Assembly: GCA_903847415.1 (NCBI GenBank)
Contig: CAINDR010000015.1
Coordinates: forward strand, 33,872 to 97,871
Direction of reading: 5' to 3'
Length of the DNA stretch: 64,000 nt
Origin: Candidatus Falkowbacteria bacterium
GTDB lineage: Bacteria; Patescibacteriota; Patescibacteriia; Patescibacteriales; UBA12465
The position numbers were made by a program, and so were the translations under genes. The notes under the pieces are model-generated. The model did not search any database and was not told the origin of the DNA. It saw only the letters and a list, made by a program, of their open reading frames with translations. This document shows positions 45,782 to 55,150 of the stretch, in pieces (positions within the stretch are counted from its first letter, which is position 1; each line of letters begins with the position of its first letter).

Positions 45782-47456
45782 CAAAAAACAAATTAATTTA
45801 TTGAAATCAATTCGCTCAATTCGGAAAAATTATCAAGAGGTGATTTTGAGTAAAAGGCATTGGCGATTTTTGTTTGGTTTTTTACTTGATCATCGTTTGA
45901 GTTTTGTGATTTTAGTTTTTTTGTTCTTTGCTCAGGGTTTAATTGAAGCAATTTTTATTATTTTTAGTCGAAACCAAATATCTGGCGGTCTTTTGCCTTT
46001 TTTTTGGGAATTTTTAGGACTTTTGCTATGTTTATTTTTTCTTAATTCTTATTTTTCAATTCGTCAAGAAAAAACTTTGGGAGTTCTTTTTGCTAACAGT
46101 TTAAGAAAAAGAATTTTTGAAGATTATCTTCGTCGTCCGTCTGCTAGTTTGAATCAAAAAAACCAAGCTGATTTAATCGCTAAAATGTCTTATCAATTAC
46201 CGCTAGCTTCAATGGGGGTGGTTAATTCTTTTTTTGGTGCTTTGCGTTGGCTGATTAATATTTTAGTAGTACTGATACTACTAATTAAAAGTGATTTATC
46301 TTGGTCCTTAGCTTTGTTGTTTTCTTTAATCTTTTCAGCGGTAATTGGTCTGATTAGTTATTTTATTTCCAAAAGTTATGTTTCTCAGGAAGTAACTTTT
46401 TATTCTCAAATTATTAGAGAGGTTGGAATTTCTACTAATGATCGATCTTTTCTTAAAATTTTTAATCAAGAAAAAAAAGTTCTTCAGCGATTTGATCAAT
46501 TAGTAGATTTTGATTCTTTTTTTCGAATTCGTCGGGATCTTTGGTTGAAATTAAGTGTAAAAATTCTTTTTGCCCTTTTATTACTATTATCATTATGGTT
46601 TCATTTTTCTTCATCAAATCTATTATTGGAATTTAATTTAATCTCCTCAGAAAAGAAAATAATTCTTCTATTTCTGTTTATTTATTTTTCTCGAATTTTG
46701 TATGAAAGTTTACGGGTTGGTCTTTATCTTTGGCCAGCACAGCTTGGTTTGTATTTAACGATTCCAAAGTCTGGTCGTAATTTTTGTCGAGATCGGGTTC
46801 TTAAATTTGAGACCAGTTTAAATTTTTATGGTCGAAAACTAAAATTATTTTTGGGAGCGAGTTATCAGAAAAATTTTTCTTGGTTTTTTGAGAAGGGAAA
46901 GCGTTATCTTTTTTATTCTCCTTCTTCGACTGGAAAATCATCACTGGCTCGGGCCTTTTCTGGTCTAGAAGTATTTGAGCCAAAATCTTTAAGAATTAAA
47001 ATTGACGGCAAGCGTCTTGATTTTCAGAGTTGGCAACGTTTTAGCGAGGGAATTTGTTTTATTGATCCAAATTTTTTTTCTGAGAAAAGTATTTTTGAAT
47101 TTATTATTGGTCAAAATAGGAAGAATCAAGATCTTCCTTCAGTAGAGAGTGTTTTTCAAGTTCTTCGTCTTTATCCGGAGTTATTAACAAGAATTTCTCG
47201 GGAAGGAAACTTTAATGTTAGCGCTGCTTCTGTTCTAGGTAGCCCGATTAGTGCTTTTGCTCTTTATTTGGCTCGTTGCTTGGTGAGCAAGCCAGCTTTA
47301 GTGGTTATTGATAATTTTTGGCTAGACTTAGCTTACGAAGAAATCAATAAAATGCTATTATTATTAGACCAGGAATTACCAAATTCAATAATTGTTGTTT
47401 TTTCTAGAAAAGACAATAGTTATTTTAATTATCATCAAAAATATGAACTTAATTAA
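45771..47456 (+). CDS. ABC-exporter-like membrane protein with degenerate nucleotide-binding domain
   Basis: Overlaps the RT stop by 11 nt. About six TM helices, then an NBD-like region. It has a P-loop-like SPSSTGKSS, a degenerate signature, and Walker B VVIDNF without the catalytic Glu. Confidence 0.5.
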   Translation: MSVNKKQINLLKSIRSIRKNYQEVILSKRHWRFLFGFLLDHRLSFVILVFLFFAQGLIEAIFIIFSRNQISGGLLPFFWEFLGLLLCLFFLNSYFSIRQEKTLGVLFANSLRKRIFEDYLRRPSASLNQKNQADLIAKMSYQLPLASMGVVNSFFGALRWLINILVVLILLIKSDLSWSLALLFSLIFSAVIGLISYFISKSYVSQEVTFYSQIIREVGISTNDRSFLKIFNQEKKVLQRFDQLVDFDSFFRIRRDLWLKLSVKILFALLLLLSLWFHFSSSNLLLEFNLISSEKKIILLFLFIYFSRILYESLRVGLYLWPAQLGLYLTIPKSGRNFCRDRVLKFETSLNFYGRKLKLFLGASYQKNFSWFFEKGKRYLFYSPSSTGKSSLARAFSGLEVFEPKSLRIKIDGKRLDFQSWQRFSEGICFIDPNFFSEKSIFEFIIGQNRKNQDLPSVESVFQVLRLYPELLTRISREGNFNVSAASVLGSPISAFALYLARCLVSKPALVVIDNFWLDLAYEEINKMLLLLDQELPNSIIVVFSRKDNSYFNYHQKYELN

Positions 47457-48639
47457 ACAAATTAGGCAAGGCAACTGTCGCGATAGTTTGCCAATGTTTT
47501 TTTTCTCCACAGTTATTTTGTTGTTAGTGATGTTCTTGTTGTTTATTTTTTTCAAATACTATTTTAATTCAGATAATAGTTCTGATTTTAGCTCCACAAA
47601 AACTCTTGTTGTTGATGAGCCGTTTTCTGGGCAGCTTTATTTTAATGATGAATTAGGAGAGAAGGTTTTTTCTCCAGTAATCATCGAGGCAATTTCTAAA
47701 GCAAAAAAAAGTGCAGAATTAGCAGTTTATTCGATGGATGATCAAGGAATTCGTGATGCCCTTTATCGAGCTTCTAAGCGAGGCGTAAAAGTAACAATGG
47801 TGCTTAGTGATAAGCGAAAAGATGGGCACGATCAAGTTCTTCAAAATCTGCCGAAAGAGATTAAACGGATTGATGCGCCGTCAAGTGAAGGTTATATGCA
47901 CCACAAGTTTTTAATTCTTGATCGAGGATCAAATCAGGAAAAGTTATTTTTTGGTTCTTATAACTTTACCGCTCTTCAGGAAAAATATGATCCTTCTTTT
48001 TTGCTAGAAACTACTCGACCAGAGATTGTGAAGATTTTTGGTCAAGAATTTGATCGCTTAAAAAATGAAGTTTATGGTCGGAAGAAACTTAACTCTCGTC
48101 AAATTTATTTGATGACTAGAATTAAATATCCAGAAGGATTTTTGGAGATTTGGTTTTCTCCACAGTTATCTCGTGGTGGTTTGAGGGAAAGAATGCTTGG
48201 TTTGATTAATAATTCGAAGGACAATCTCAAGGTAATGATCTGGAATTTTACCAGCAAAAGCATGGCACTTGATATTGCTGATGCGGCAGTCAGAAAAAGC
48301 GTGAGAATTATTGCTGATGATTTAAATTATTCACTTCCAGAGTCCGCTTTCAACACCTTGTTGTCTGAAAAGGGAAGTCGTTCTTTGGAAAAATTAGAAA
48401 TAATTACTGATGCCAAACGAAATGAAGAAGCGATTCGCTTGTCTGGTGATAAAAGTTTGAATTCTTTCTTACATCATCACCTTCTTTTGGTTGATGATCG
48501 GGTAGCAGTTTTTGGCAGTGGCAACTGGAGTAATAATGGTTTTTATAGCAACGATGAGTCAACGATGATTTCCGATATTAATATTTTAGTTCAGCCATTC
48601 ATTGAGTCTTGGCAAAAAAATTATGAGCACAATAAGTAA
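47443..48639 (+). CDS. Phospholipase D-family (HKD) protein, N-terminal TM anchor
   Basis: Overlaps the upstream stop by 14 nt. HKD motif 1 is HHKFLILD...GSYNFT. Motif 2 LHHHLLLVDD...GSGNWS has K replaced by H. Confidence 0.6.
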   Translation: MNLIKQIRQGNCRDSLPMFFFSTVILLLVMFLLFIFFKYYFNSDNSSDFSSTKTLVVDEPFSGQLYFNDELGEKVFSPVIIEAISKAKKSAELAVYSMDDQGIRDALYRASKRGVKVTMVLSDKRKDGHDQVLQNLPKEIKRIDAPSSEGYMHHKFLILDRGSNQEKLFFGSYNFTALQEKYDPSFLLETTRPEIVKIFGQEFDRLKNEVYGRKKLNSRQIYLMTRIKYPEGFLEIWFSPQLSRGGLRERMLGLINNSKDNLKVMIWNFTSKSMALDIADAAVRKSVRIIADDLNYSLPESAFNTLLSEKGSRSLEKLEIITDAKRNEEAIRLSGDKSLNSFLHHHLLLVDDRVAVFGSGNWSNNGFYSNDESTMISDINILVQPFIESWQKNYEHNK

Positions 48640-48649
48640 TTAATTTTTT

Positions 48650-49081
48650 ATGATTTTGAGAAAATTTTTTCATTTCTTTGATCTCTTGGAAAACAAGATT
48701 AGACAAACTTTAAGCCGCCATCCTTTTATTTATGCTTTTTTAGGTGGTGTTGGAGTAGTAGTCTTTTGGCGTGGAGTTTGGGTGACGTCGGATTTTTTAA
48801 TGGCCAAAATCACAAAAATTCCTGTTGATATTTTGTGGTGGGATGGACCATTAACCGTATTAGTTAGTTTATTGATTCTTTCTCCTCTTGGTATCTTTGT
48901 TTCTAGCTTTATCGGGAATGAGGTGATTATTTCGGGGATTAGAGGCGAAAAAAAGATGTTTGAGAAAACAGAAGCCGAAATTGAAAGCGAATTAACAATT
49001 GGTTCCAGAACTTATAGTAGTATCTCGGAAGTAGTGAATCGTTTGAAAAATATTGACAAAAAACTTGATAAAATAAAATAA
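48650..49081 (+). CDS. Small membrane protein (2 TM)
   Basis: 143 aa. Starts 10 nt after the PLD gene. TM segments FIYAFLGGVGVVVFWRGVWV and LTVLVSLLILSPLGIFVSSFI. Confidence 0.3.
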   Translation: MILRKFFHFFDLLENKIRQTLSRHPFIYAFLGGVGVVVFWRGVWVTSDFLMAKITKIPVDILWWDGPLTVLVSLLILSPLGIFVSSFIGNEVIISGIRGEKKMFEKTEAEIESELTIGSRTYSSISEVVNRLKNIDKKLDKIK

Positions 49082-49143
49082 TTTTTTATTTTTTGCGTAT
49101 TAATTAATAGAACCCCTTTGTAGGAGTTTAAAGGCTTAAATGC

Positions 49144-49737
49144 ATGTTGGAACCATTGGAAGATTATTCTTCTTTTTCAGACAATGAATTAGTGCTTTTA
49201 GCCTTAAAAAATCAGGCCATTTTTGCTATTTTAATGAATCGTTATAGTGAAAAATTAACTAGATATGCTCAACGAATCTCTAATTTAAGAACCGAAGAGG
49301 TTGAGGATGTTATTCAAGAGGTGTTTATTAAAGTCTATAAAAACCTCAATGATTTTGAAAGCGATCTCCGATTTTCTTCTTGGATTTATCGAATTACTCA
49401 TAATCAGGTTATTAGCCACCATCGAGCTAAAAATGCTAGACCTCAAACAGTGGAGATCGACGATGCTTTGGCTAATCGTTTGCGGGCGGAAGTTGACTTG
49501 ACGAAGGAAATCATTAGTCAAGACTTAAAGGTGGAAATCGCGACTTTATTAGCAAAATTAAAACCTATTCATCGAGAAATTTTAGTTTTGCGTTTTTTTG
49601 AGGAAAAGAGTTATGAAGAGATTTCAGATATTTTAAAAAAACCAAGTGGTAGTGTGGCCACTTTGATTTATTCAGCCAAAAAAGAATTAAAAGAAAAGTA
49701 TGAAAAATCTGAGCGACAAAGTCCTGGAAAAAATTAA
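49144..49737 (+). CDS. ECF-type RNA polymerase sigma factor (paralogue of 42500-43084)
   Basis: Region 2 FSSWIYRITHNQVIS and region 4 REILVLRFFEEKSYEEISDILKKPSGSVATLIYSAKK. Clearly alignable with the upstream sigma. Confidence 0.75.
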   Translation: MLEPLEDYSSFSDNELVLLALKNQAIFAILMNRYSEKLTRYAQRISNLRTEEVEDVIQEVFIKVYKNLNDFESDLRFSSWIYRITHNQVISHHRAKNARPQTVEIDDALANRLRAEVDLTKEIISQDLKVEIATLLAKLKPIHREILVLRFFEEKSYEEISDILKKPSGSVATLIYSAKKELKEKYEKSERQSPGKN

Positions 49738-50440
49738 ACAAGAATCAATTAAACCCCATCCTCGTTGGTATTTTTTAGCACGAGATTGTTTCTTGTGGTT
49801 TTTAGTTTCCTTGGTTACTATTTTAGGTGGAATTGCCTTTTCTTTGGTGATGCTTTTTCTTTATTTTCAGCGTTTTGGTTTTAGGAATCCTCATCCCGCT
49901 AGTAATTTTAATTGGCTACTTGTTTCCATTCCTTATGCTTGGTTATTCGTTTTTGTGGTGTTAGTGGTTGTGATTTACTATAATCTTAAACATCTCAAAA
50001 AAAGCTATAAATATCCACCTTACTTATTAATTATTGCATCATTAGTGGCTAGTATTGTTTTGGGTGTCATTATTTCAAATTTTGGAGTTCATCGGCGAAT
50101 GAATGATGAGTTTTCTCGTCGTGTGCCTTTCTATGGGCGAGTTTTTGATGCCAGGGTTCCAGCCTGGGGAAGACCGATGGAAGGAGTTCTAGCAGGGAAA
50201 ATTGGCAGAGTAGAGGAGGATTTTTTTCTTCTTGAAGATTTTCATGCCAAAGAATGGAAAATTGTTCTCCTCAAAGAAACAGAGGCAGTTGAATCAATTA
50301 AAATTGTTTCTGGTCAGTTGATTTTAATCAATGGTCGCCAGGAAGGTCCAGGGGTATTTGTGGCTGAAGAAATTTTTCCTTGGGATGGTTGTCCAAAAAA
50401 GTGTAAATTAATCAATTCGAATTTTCCAAGAATTCGGTAG
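49700..50440 (+). CDS. Anti-sigma-like membrane protein (paralogue of 43074-43841)
   Basis: Overlaps the sigma 3' end. Same architecture as 43074-43841. C-terminus has a single CPKKC. Confidence 0.3.
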   Translation: MKNLSDKVLEKIKQESIKPHPRWYFLARDCFLWFLVSLVTILGGIAFSLVMLFLYFQRFGFRNPHPASNFNWLLVSIPYAWLFVFVVLVVVIYYNLKHLKKSYKYPPYLLIIASLVASIVLGVIISNFGVHRRMNDEFSRRVPFYGRVFDARVPAWGRPMEGVLAGKIGRVEEDFFLLEDFHAKEWKIVLLKETEAVESIKIVSGQLILINGRQEGPGVFVAEEIFPWDGCPKKCKLINSNFPRIR

Positions 50441-50466
50441 AAGTAAATAATAATTAACTTGAAAAT

Positions 50467-52344
50467 ATGGAGAAGATTGCTATTTTTTTAAAACGTTTTT
50501 TGCGGGTCAAATATTTAATTTGGCTTCTAGTTATTGCTGGCGCGGCTTATTATTTTTATCCAAAAGTTTTTCCCAAAAAAGTGGTGCCGCAATATGTTCT
50601 GGCTGCCGCTGAGAAGGGGAATTTGACCGTTTTTGTTTCAGCAACCGGACAAGTTTCCGCTTCTTCTCAAATTAGTATTAAACCAGAGGTTTCTGGTAAA
50701 ATTACAGCAGTGAAAGCAAAGGTAGGACAACTACTAAAAGCTGGTGATGTAATTGCGATTGTTGATCAGCGTAATGCTAAAATTTCTTTGACTCAAGCCC
50801 AAGCTAGCTTGACTAGTGCTCAAGCAAATTATAGCAAAGTTGTTTCCGGGGCAACACCGGAAGATTTAAAAATTAGTCAATTAAGCGTGGAATCAGCTAA
50901 AAGCAGTTATGAAACTGCAAAAACTGATTATGATCAAACAATTAGAACAGTTAATGAAAATTTAATACAAGTTGCAAAACAATTAAATGACATCAAAGAC
51001 ACCTCCTCGTCGGCGAATAGCAAGCGATCACAGGTGATCAATATTGTTGAATCGCAAATCTCAACTTCTCGCAATGCTCTTGATTTGTTGAAAAAGATTT
51101 TTACTGATGAAGACGCAAAAATTGCTTTAGGAGCTTTAGATAGCGGTTATCTTAGTCTGGCTAAAAATAATTATGAAATGGCTCAGAATTATCTTGACCC
51201 AGCAGTTAATACTTTAAACAGCGCAAAAAATTTACGTGATGATTCTAGTATTGCTTCAGCGACGAGTAATGCTTTAAATCTTTTAAACAACACTCTCACA
51301 GCAATGACTAGCGCTTCTTATCTTTTAGAAAAATCAGTAACCAGTTCTTCTTTTTCTCAGTCGGAGCTAGATTCCTATAAAAGTTCAGTAAATTCTCAGG
51401 TCAATTCAGTTAATAGTGGAATATCTTCCATTCAAAACAGTTTTCAGAGTTTTAAAGATGCAATTACAAATGCTGAAAACAATTTAATTAATGCGCAGTT
51501 ATCCGTTTCTTCGCAAACCAATTCTGCTCAAGCCAAAATTGATTCCGCCAAACGAGCACTTGATAATGCTCAGGCGCAATATGCAAAAGTTTCTGCTCCA
51601 GCCGACAAATCTTCAGTTCGCTCAGCTTTATCTCAGCTGGCCTCAGCAAAAGCGCAGGTCGAGTCTGCTCAACTGAATTTCGATAAAACAATTATTAAGT
51701 CACCAATTGATGGTCAAGTAGCAACGCTTAGTGCAGAGCTTGGAATTGATGTTGGTTCTAATGCGACCGTTTCTGGCGCTAGTTCAGTGGCAACGATTGT
51801 CACCAAACAGCAGGTTGCAGTGATCCAACTTAACGAGGTTGATACTGCAAAAGTTGTTGTTGGCCAAAAAGCTAAACTAACTTTTGACGCTATCCCTGGT
51901 CTAACCGTTGAAGGGACGGTCACAGAGATTGAAGGTGTTGGGGTTGTGACCTCTGGTGTTGTTAACTATAGCATTAAAGTCGCTTTCAATACTCAGGAAG
52001 AAAAAGTTAAAACAGGGATGAGCACCTCAGTTGAAATTGTCACTAGCAATCGGGATGATGTTTTGTTAATTCCCAGTGAAGCTCTGAAATCAGGCGTGCA
52101 AGAAAAAACTTATGTTGAAATTCTTCCCGGAGTAACAAGCAATGATCGACGACCAGTTAGCTCTTTGGTCACTCCAGTTCGTCAAGTAGTTGAAATTGGT
52201 GAGTCTAATGACACACAAATTGAAATTAAAAGTGGTTTGTTGGATGGTGATTTTGTAATCTCTCAAGTTATTTCAACTAGCACCGCTGCTAAATCATCTT
52301 CCAGTGGAAAATCTGGCGGATTTCCGATGGGTGGTGGGCGTTAA
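50467..52344 (+). CDS. HlyD/MacA-like membrane fusion (periplasmic adaptor) protein
   Basis: N-terminal TM, very long Ser/Ala/Gln-rich coiled-coil hairpin, C-terminal beta-barrel/MP domains. Upstream of the MacB-like ATPase and permease. Confidence 0.6.
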   Translation: MEKIAIFLKRFLRVKYLIWLLVIAGAAYYFYPKVFPKKVVPQYVLAAAEKGNLTVFVSATGQVSASSQISIKPEVSGKITAVKAKVGQLLKAGDVIAIVDQRNAKISLTQAQASLTSAQANYSKVVSGATPEDLKISQLSVESAKSSYETAKTDYDQTIRTVNENLIQVAKQLNDIKDTSSSANSKRSQVINIVESQISTSRNALDLLKKIFTDEDAKIALGALDSGYLSLAKNNYEMAQNYLDPAVNTLNSAKNLRDDSSIASATSNALNLLNNTLTAMTSASYLLEKSVTSSSFSQSELDSYKSSVNSQVNSVNSGISSIQNSFQSFKDAITNAENNLINAQLSVSSQTNSAQAKIDSAKRALDNAQAQYAKVSAPADKSSVRSALSQLASAKAQVESAQLNFDKTIIKSPIDGQVATLSAELGIDVGSNATVSGASSVATIVTKQQVAVIQLNEVDTAKVVVGQKAKLTFDAIPGLTVEGTVTEIEGVGVVTSGVVNYSIKVAFNTQEEKVKTGMSTSVEIVTSNRDDVLLIPSEALKSGVQEKTYVEILPGVTSNDRRPVSSLVTPVRQVVEIGESNDTQIEIKSGLLDGDFVISQVISTSTAAKSSSSGKSGGFPMGGGR

Positions 52345-52355
52345 ATTATTGTCTT

Positions 52356-53036
52356 ATGATCAAATTTAAAAATATTTGCAAGAATTATTTTAGTGGCGAA
52401 TTAGAAACTAAAATTTTAAAGAATATTTCCTTTGAAATTAAAGCGGGTGAATTTGTGGCAATCACCGGCCCATCTGGTTCGGGAAAATCAACAATCATGA
52501 ATATTTTGGGAGCCTTAGACTCGCCAACTAGTGGAGAATATTTTCTTGATGGTGCGGATGTTTCCAAATTATCTGATGACGAGCTTGCTGTTATTCGTTG
52601 CAATAAAATTGGTTTTGTTTTTCAGTCATTTAATTTATTATCTCGCACGACAGTTCTGAGAAATGTTTGTTTGCCTTTGGTGTATGCGGAAGTTTCTTCT
52701 AAAAAAAGAGAAGAGATTGCTAAAAAATCTTTAGAAGCAGTCTCAATGCCGGAAGATCGTTGGCACCACTATTCTAATCAATTATCAGGTGGACAAATGC
52801 AAAGAGTGGCAATTGCTAGGGCTCTAGTGAATAACCCTTCACTAATTTTAGCCGACGAACCAACTGGTAATCTTGATTCCAAAACCGGTCAAATTGTTTT
52901 GCAGACTTTTAAAGATTTAAATAAAAAAGAAAAACGCACGATTGTTTTAATTACTCATGATTTAGAAATTGCAAAACATGCCGATCGAATTATTCGTCTT
53001 CGGGATGGTGAAATTATTGATGATCAAGAGTCTTAA
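52356..53036 (+). CDS. ABC transporter ATP-binding protein (MacB/LolD-like)
   Basis: Walker [10 protein letters not shown], signature [15 protein letters not shown] and Walker [12 protein letters not shown]. Confidence 0.8.
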   Translation: MIKFKNICKNYFSGELETKILKNISFEIKAGEFVAITGPSGSGKSTIMNILGALDSPTSGEYFLDGADVSKLSDDELAVIRCNKIGFVFQSFNLLSRTTVLRNVCLPLVYAEVSSKKREEIAKKSLEAVSMPEDRWHHYSNQLSGGQMQRVAIARALVNNPSLILADEPTGNLDSKTGQIVLQTFKDLNKKEKRTIVLITHDLEIAKHADRIIRLRDGEIIDDQES

Positions 53037-53048
53037 TTTATTTTTTTT

Positions 53049-54269
53049 ATGCTAACTAGTGATTTATTAAAAGAAACCTACAGCGCAGTAACCGCCAATA
53101 AGGTGCGATCTGGTTTAACAATGTTGGGAATTGTGATCGGTATTGGTTCGGTAATTGCGATGGTTTCAATTGGGCAGGGAGCGCAGAGTTCTATTGAAAG
53201 TAGTATTCAATCGATTGGTTCAAATTTAGTGATGGTGATTCCAGGTGCTCAAAAAGGTGGTTTTAGTCCAGCAAATTCTGGGAGAGGAACTGCTCAAAGT
53301 TTGACTCTTGATGATGCGATGGCCATCAGAGAACAGGTTGATAATTTAAAAGCCGTTTCTCCGGAAGTTTCCAGACGTTATCAGGTGACCCAAAAAGATA
53401 AAAATACAAACACCTCAATTGTTGGTGCGACTGCTCAATATCAAATTGCAAAGAATTTAGAGATTGAACAAGGAGTTTTTATTTCTGAGCTCCAAGAAAA
53501 AACTTTTGCCAAGGTCGCAATTCTTGGTCCAACCACCAAAAACGATCTCTTTGGTGATAGTAGTGCGATTGGTGAGACAATTAAGATTAATCAAATTAAT
53601 TTCAAAGTCATTGGAGTTGCAAAATCGAAAGGTGGTTCAAGTTTTTCGAATCAAGATGATCAAATCTTTGTGCCAATTGCAACTGCTCAGCATTTTTTGG
53701 TTGGCAATGATTACGTAAATAGTATTAATATTTCAGCTAAAGATCAAGAATCTTTATCAATGGTCCAAAGCCAAGTGAAGGCCTTACTTCTGAAAAGACA
53801 TAAAATAAAAAACGAAGTTGATGCTGATTTTAGTCTTTATACTCAAGCAGATATTGTGGCAGCCGCTTCAACTGTTACGGGAACTTTCACAATCTTATTG
53901 GGAGCAATCGCCGGAATCTCTTTGCTCGTTGGCGGCATTGGAATTATGAACATGATGCTCACCACTGTAACCGAAAGAACCAGGGAAATTGGTTTGCGAA
54001 AAGCAATTGGTGCTAGAAGGAGAGATATTTCTAGCCAATTTTTAGCAGAGGCTGTTATGTTAACTTTTTTTGGTGGGGTGCTTGGAGTTCTGTTTGGCTT
54101 TAGTTTGTCCTTAGTTGTTTCTAGGCTTTTTAATCTTACTTCAACTATTTCTACTTCGGCAGTGTTGTTAGCTTTTGGGGTTTCGGCAGGAATTGGGATT
54201 ATTTTTGGTTATTATCCAGCGAAGAGGGCTTCAAAATTAAACCCAATTGACGCTTTGCGCTACGAGTAA
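53049..54269 (+). CDS. ABC transporter permease (MacB/FtsX-like)
   Basis: 406 aa. TM1, a large periplasmic domain, then three C-terminal TMs. Confidence 0.75.
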   Translation: MLTSDLLKETYSAVTANKVRSGLTMLGIVIGIGSVIAMVSIGQGAQSSIESSIQSIGSNLVMVIPGAQKGGFSPANSGRGTAQSLTLDDAMAIREQVDNLKAVSPEVSRRYQVTQKDKNTNTSIVGATAQYQIAKNLEIEQGVFISELQEKTFAKVAILGPTTKNDLFGDSSAIGETIKINQINFKVIGVAKSKGGSSFSNQDDQIFVPIATAQHFLVGNDYVNSINISAKDQESLSMVQSQVKALLLKRHKIKNEVDADFSLYTQADIVAAASTVTGTFTILLGAIAGISLLVGGIGIMNMMLTTVTERTREIGLRKAIGARRRDISSQFLAEAVMLTFFGGVLGVLFGFSLSLVVSRLFNLTSTISTSAVLLAFGVSAGIGIIFGYYPAKRASKLNPIDALRYE

Positions 54270-54295
54270 AAACAACAACCAATATTTTTGTGAAG

Positions 54296-54330
54296 ACCGA
54301 TAATTATTGAGAGAAAATTGTCGGTTTTTT
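54296..54330 (+). terminator. Rho-independent terminator
   Basis: ACCGATAATT ...loop... AATTGTCGGT (one mismatch) followed by T7. Confidence 0.5.
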
Positions 54331-54387
54331 TGTTTGCTATGATTACTGATTTATTGTAAAATATAGGCAGGTGAAACTTTATTTTTT

Positions 54388-55104
54388 ATGGCTGATCAAA
54401 ATGATAAAACTTCAGGAGAGTTACGCGAAGCGAAGCGTTCTTCCGTTATCGATCAGCAATTAATGAACCAGCCTTCATCAGTGAAAAACGATTCTTTGGA
54501 TGATAAAGATTTGGATAATCAAGAAGAATCTGGTGGCCAGAATAATCAGGTTGATGGCAATAATTCACCAGAAAGTAATTCTCAAGCTGGTGAAGATTAT
54601 GCAAATGTTCGAGAGCAACAAAATCAAGCCCGAGTAGAGCAGGAAAATCAAGAGAATGAAGGCGCGGAAGATTCAGACTTTGCAAAAAAATCTTCTCCTC
54701 CAAACCCGATGGCCATAGCTACTTCTGGAGCTTTGAAAGGCGCCTGGGAAAGCTTGATTGAATCTTTCGGGCTTAGTATTCTCTATGTCGATCTCCATTT
54801 TTTATTGAATAAAATTGTTGGTGACAAGGTTTTTCCTAAACTTGGTCATGAATGGGTGCCAAAAGAAATTGCTAAAGTTGGCGGTGACAAAGCGGAAGAA
54901 ATTGGTAAAAAAATTGAGATATTTGAAACTGGTGGTTGTTGTGCAGTTAATTCTTGTTGTTTAGTCGCACTTTTAATGTCTTTAACCCCTTTCATGTTAG
55001 TTTTGTATGTTTATAACAACAAAGCAGAGGCAATTCAAACTATGACACAAGTCGTTGTTGACTTTGTTGAGATAATTGTAAGTAAGATGTTAGGACTCGA
55101 TTAA
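54388..55104 (+). CDS. Hypothetical protein (acidic disordered N-terminus, hydrophobic C-terminus)
   Basis: 238 aa. First gene of the T4SS-like operon. Confidence 0.25.
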   Translation: MADQNDKTSGELREAKRSSVIDQQLMNQPSSVKNDSLDDKDLDNQEESGGQNNQVDGNNSPESNSQAGEDYANVREQQNQARVEQENQENEGAEDSDFAKKSSPPNPMAIATSGALKGAWESLIESFGLSILYVDLHFLLNKIVGDKVFPKLGHEWVPKEIAKVGGDKAEEIGKKIEIFETGGCCAVNSCCLVALLMSLTPFMLVLYVYNNKAEAIQTMTQVVVDFVEIIVSKMLGLD

Positions 55105-55150
55105 AAATATTTTTTTTTCGGCATCTTTATAAGATAATTTTTTAACTGAA

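Noticed and set aside
44579-45790. Group II intron with intron-encoded RT/maturase.
   Set aside because: No domain V/VI-like RNA structure was seen 3' of the RT ORF. The RT stop overlaps the next gene's start. No maturase/endonuclease C-terminal extension. A free-standing group-II-like (G2L) RT remains a possible alternative family assignment.
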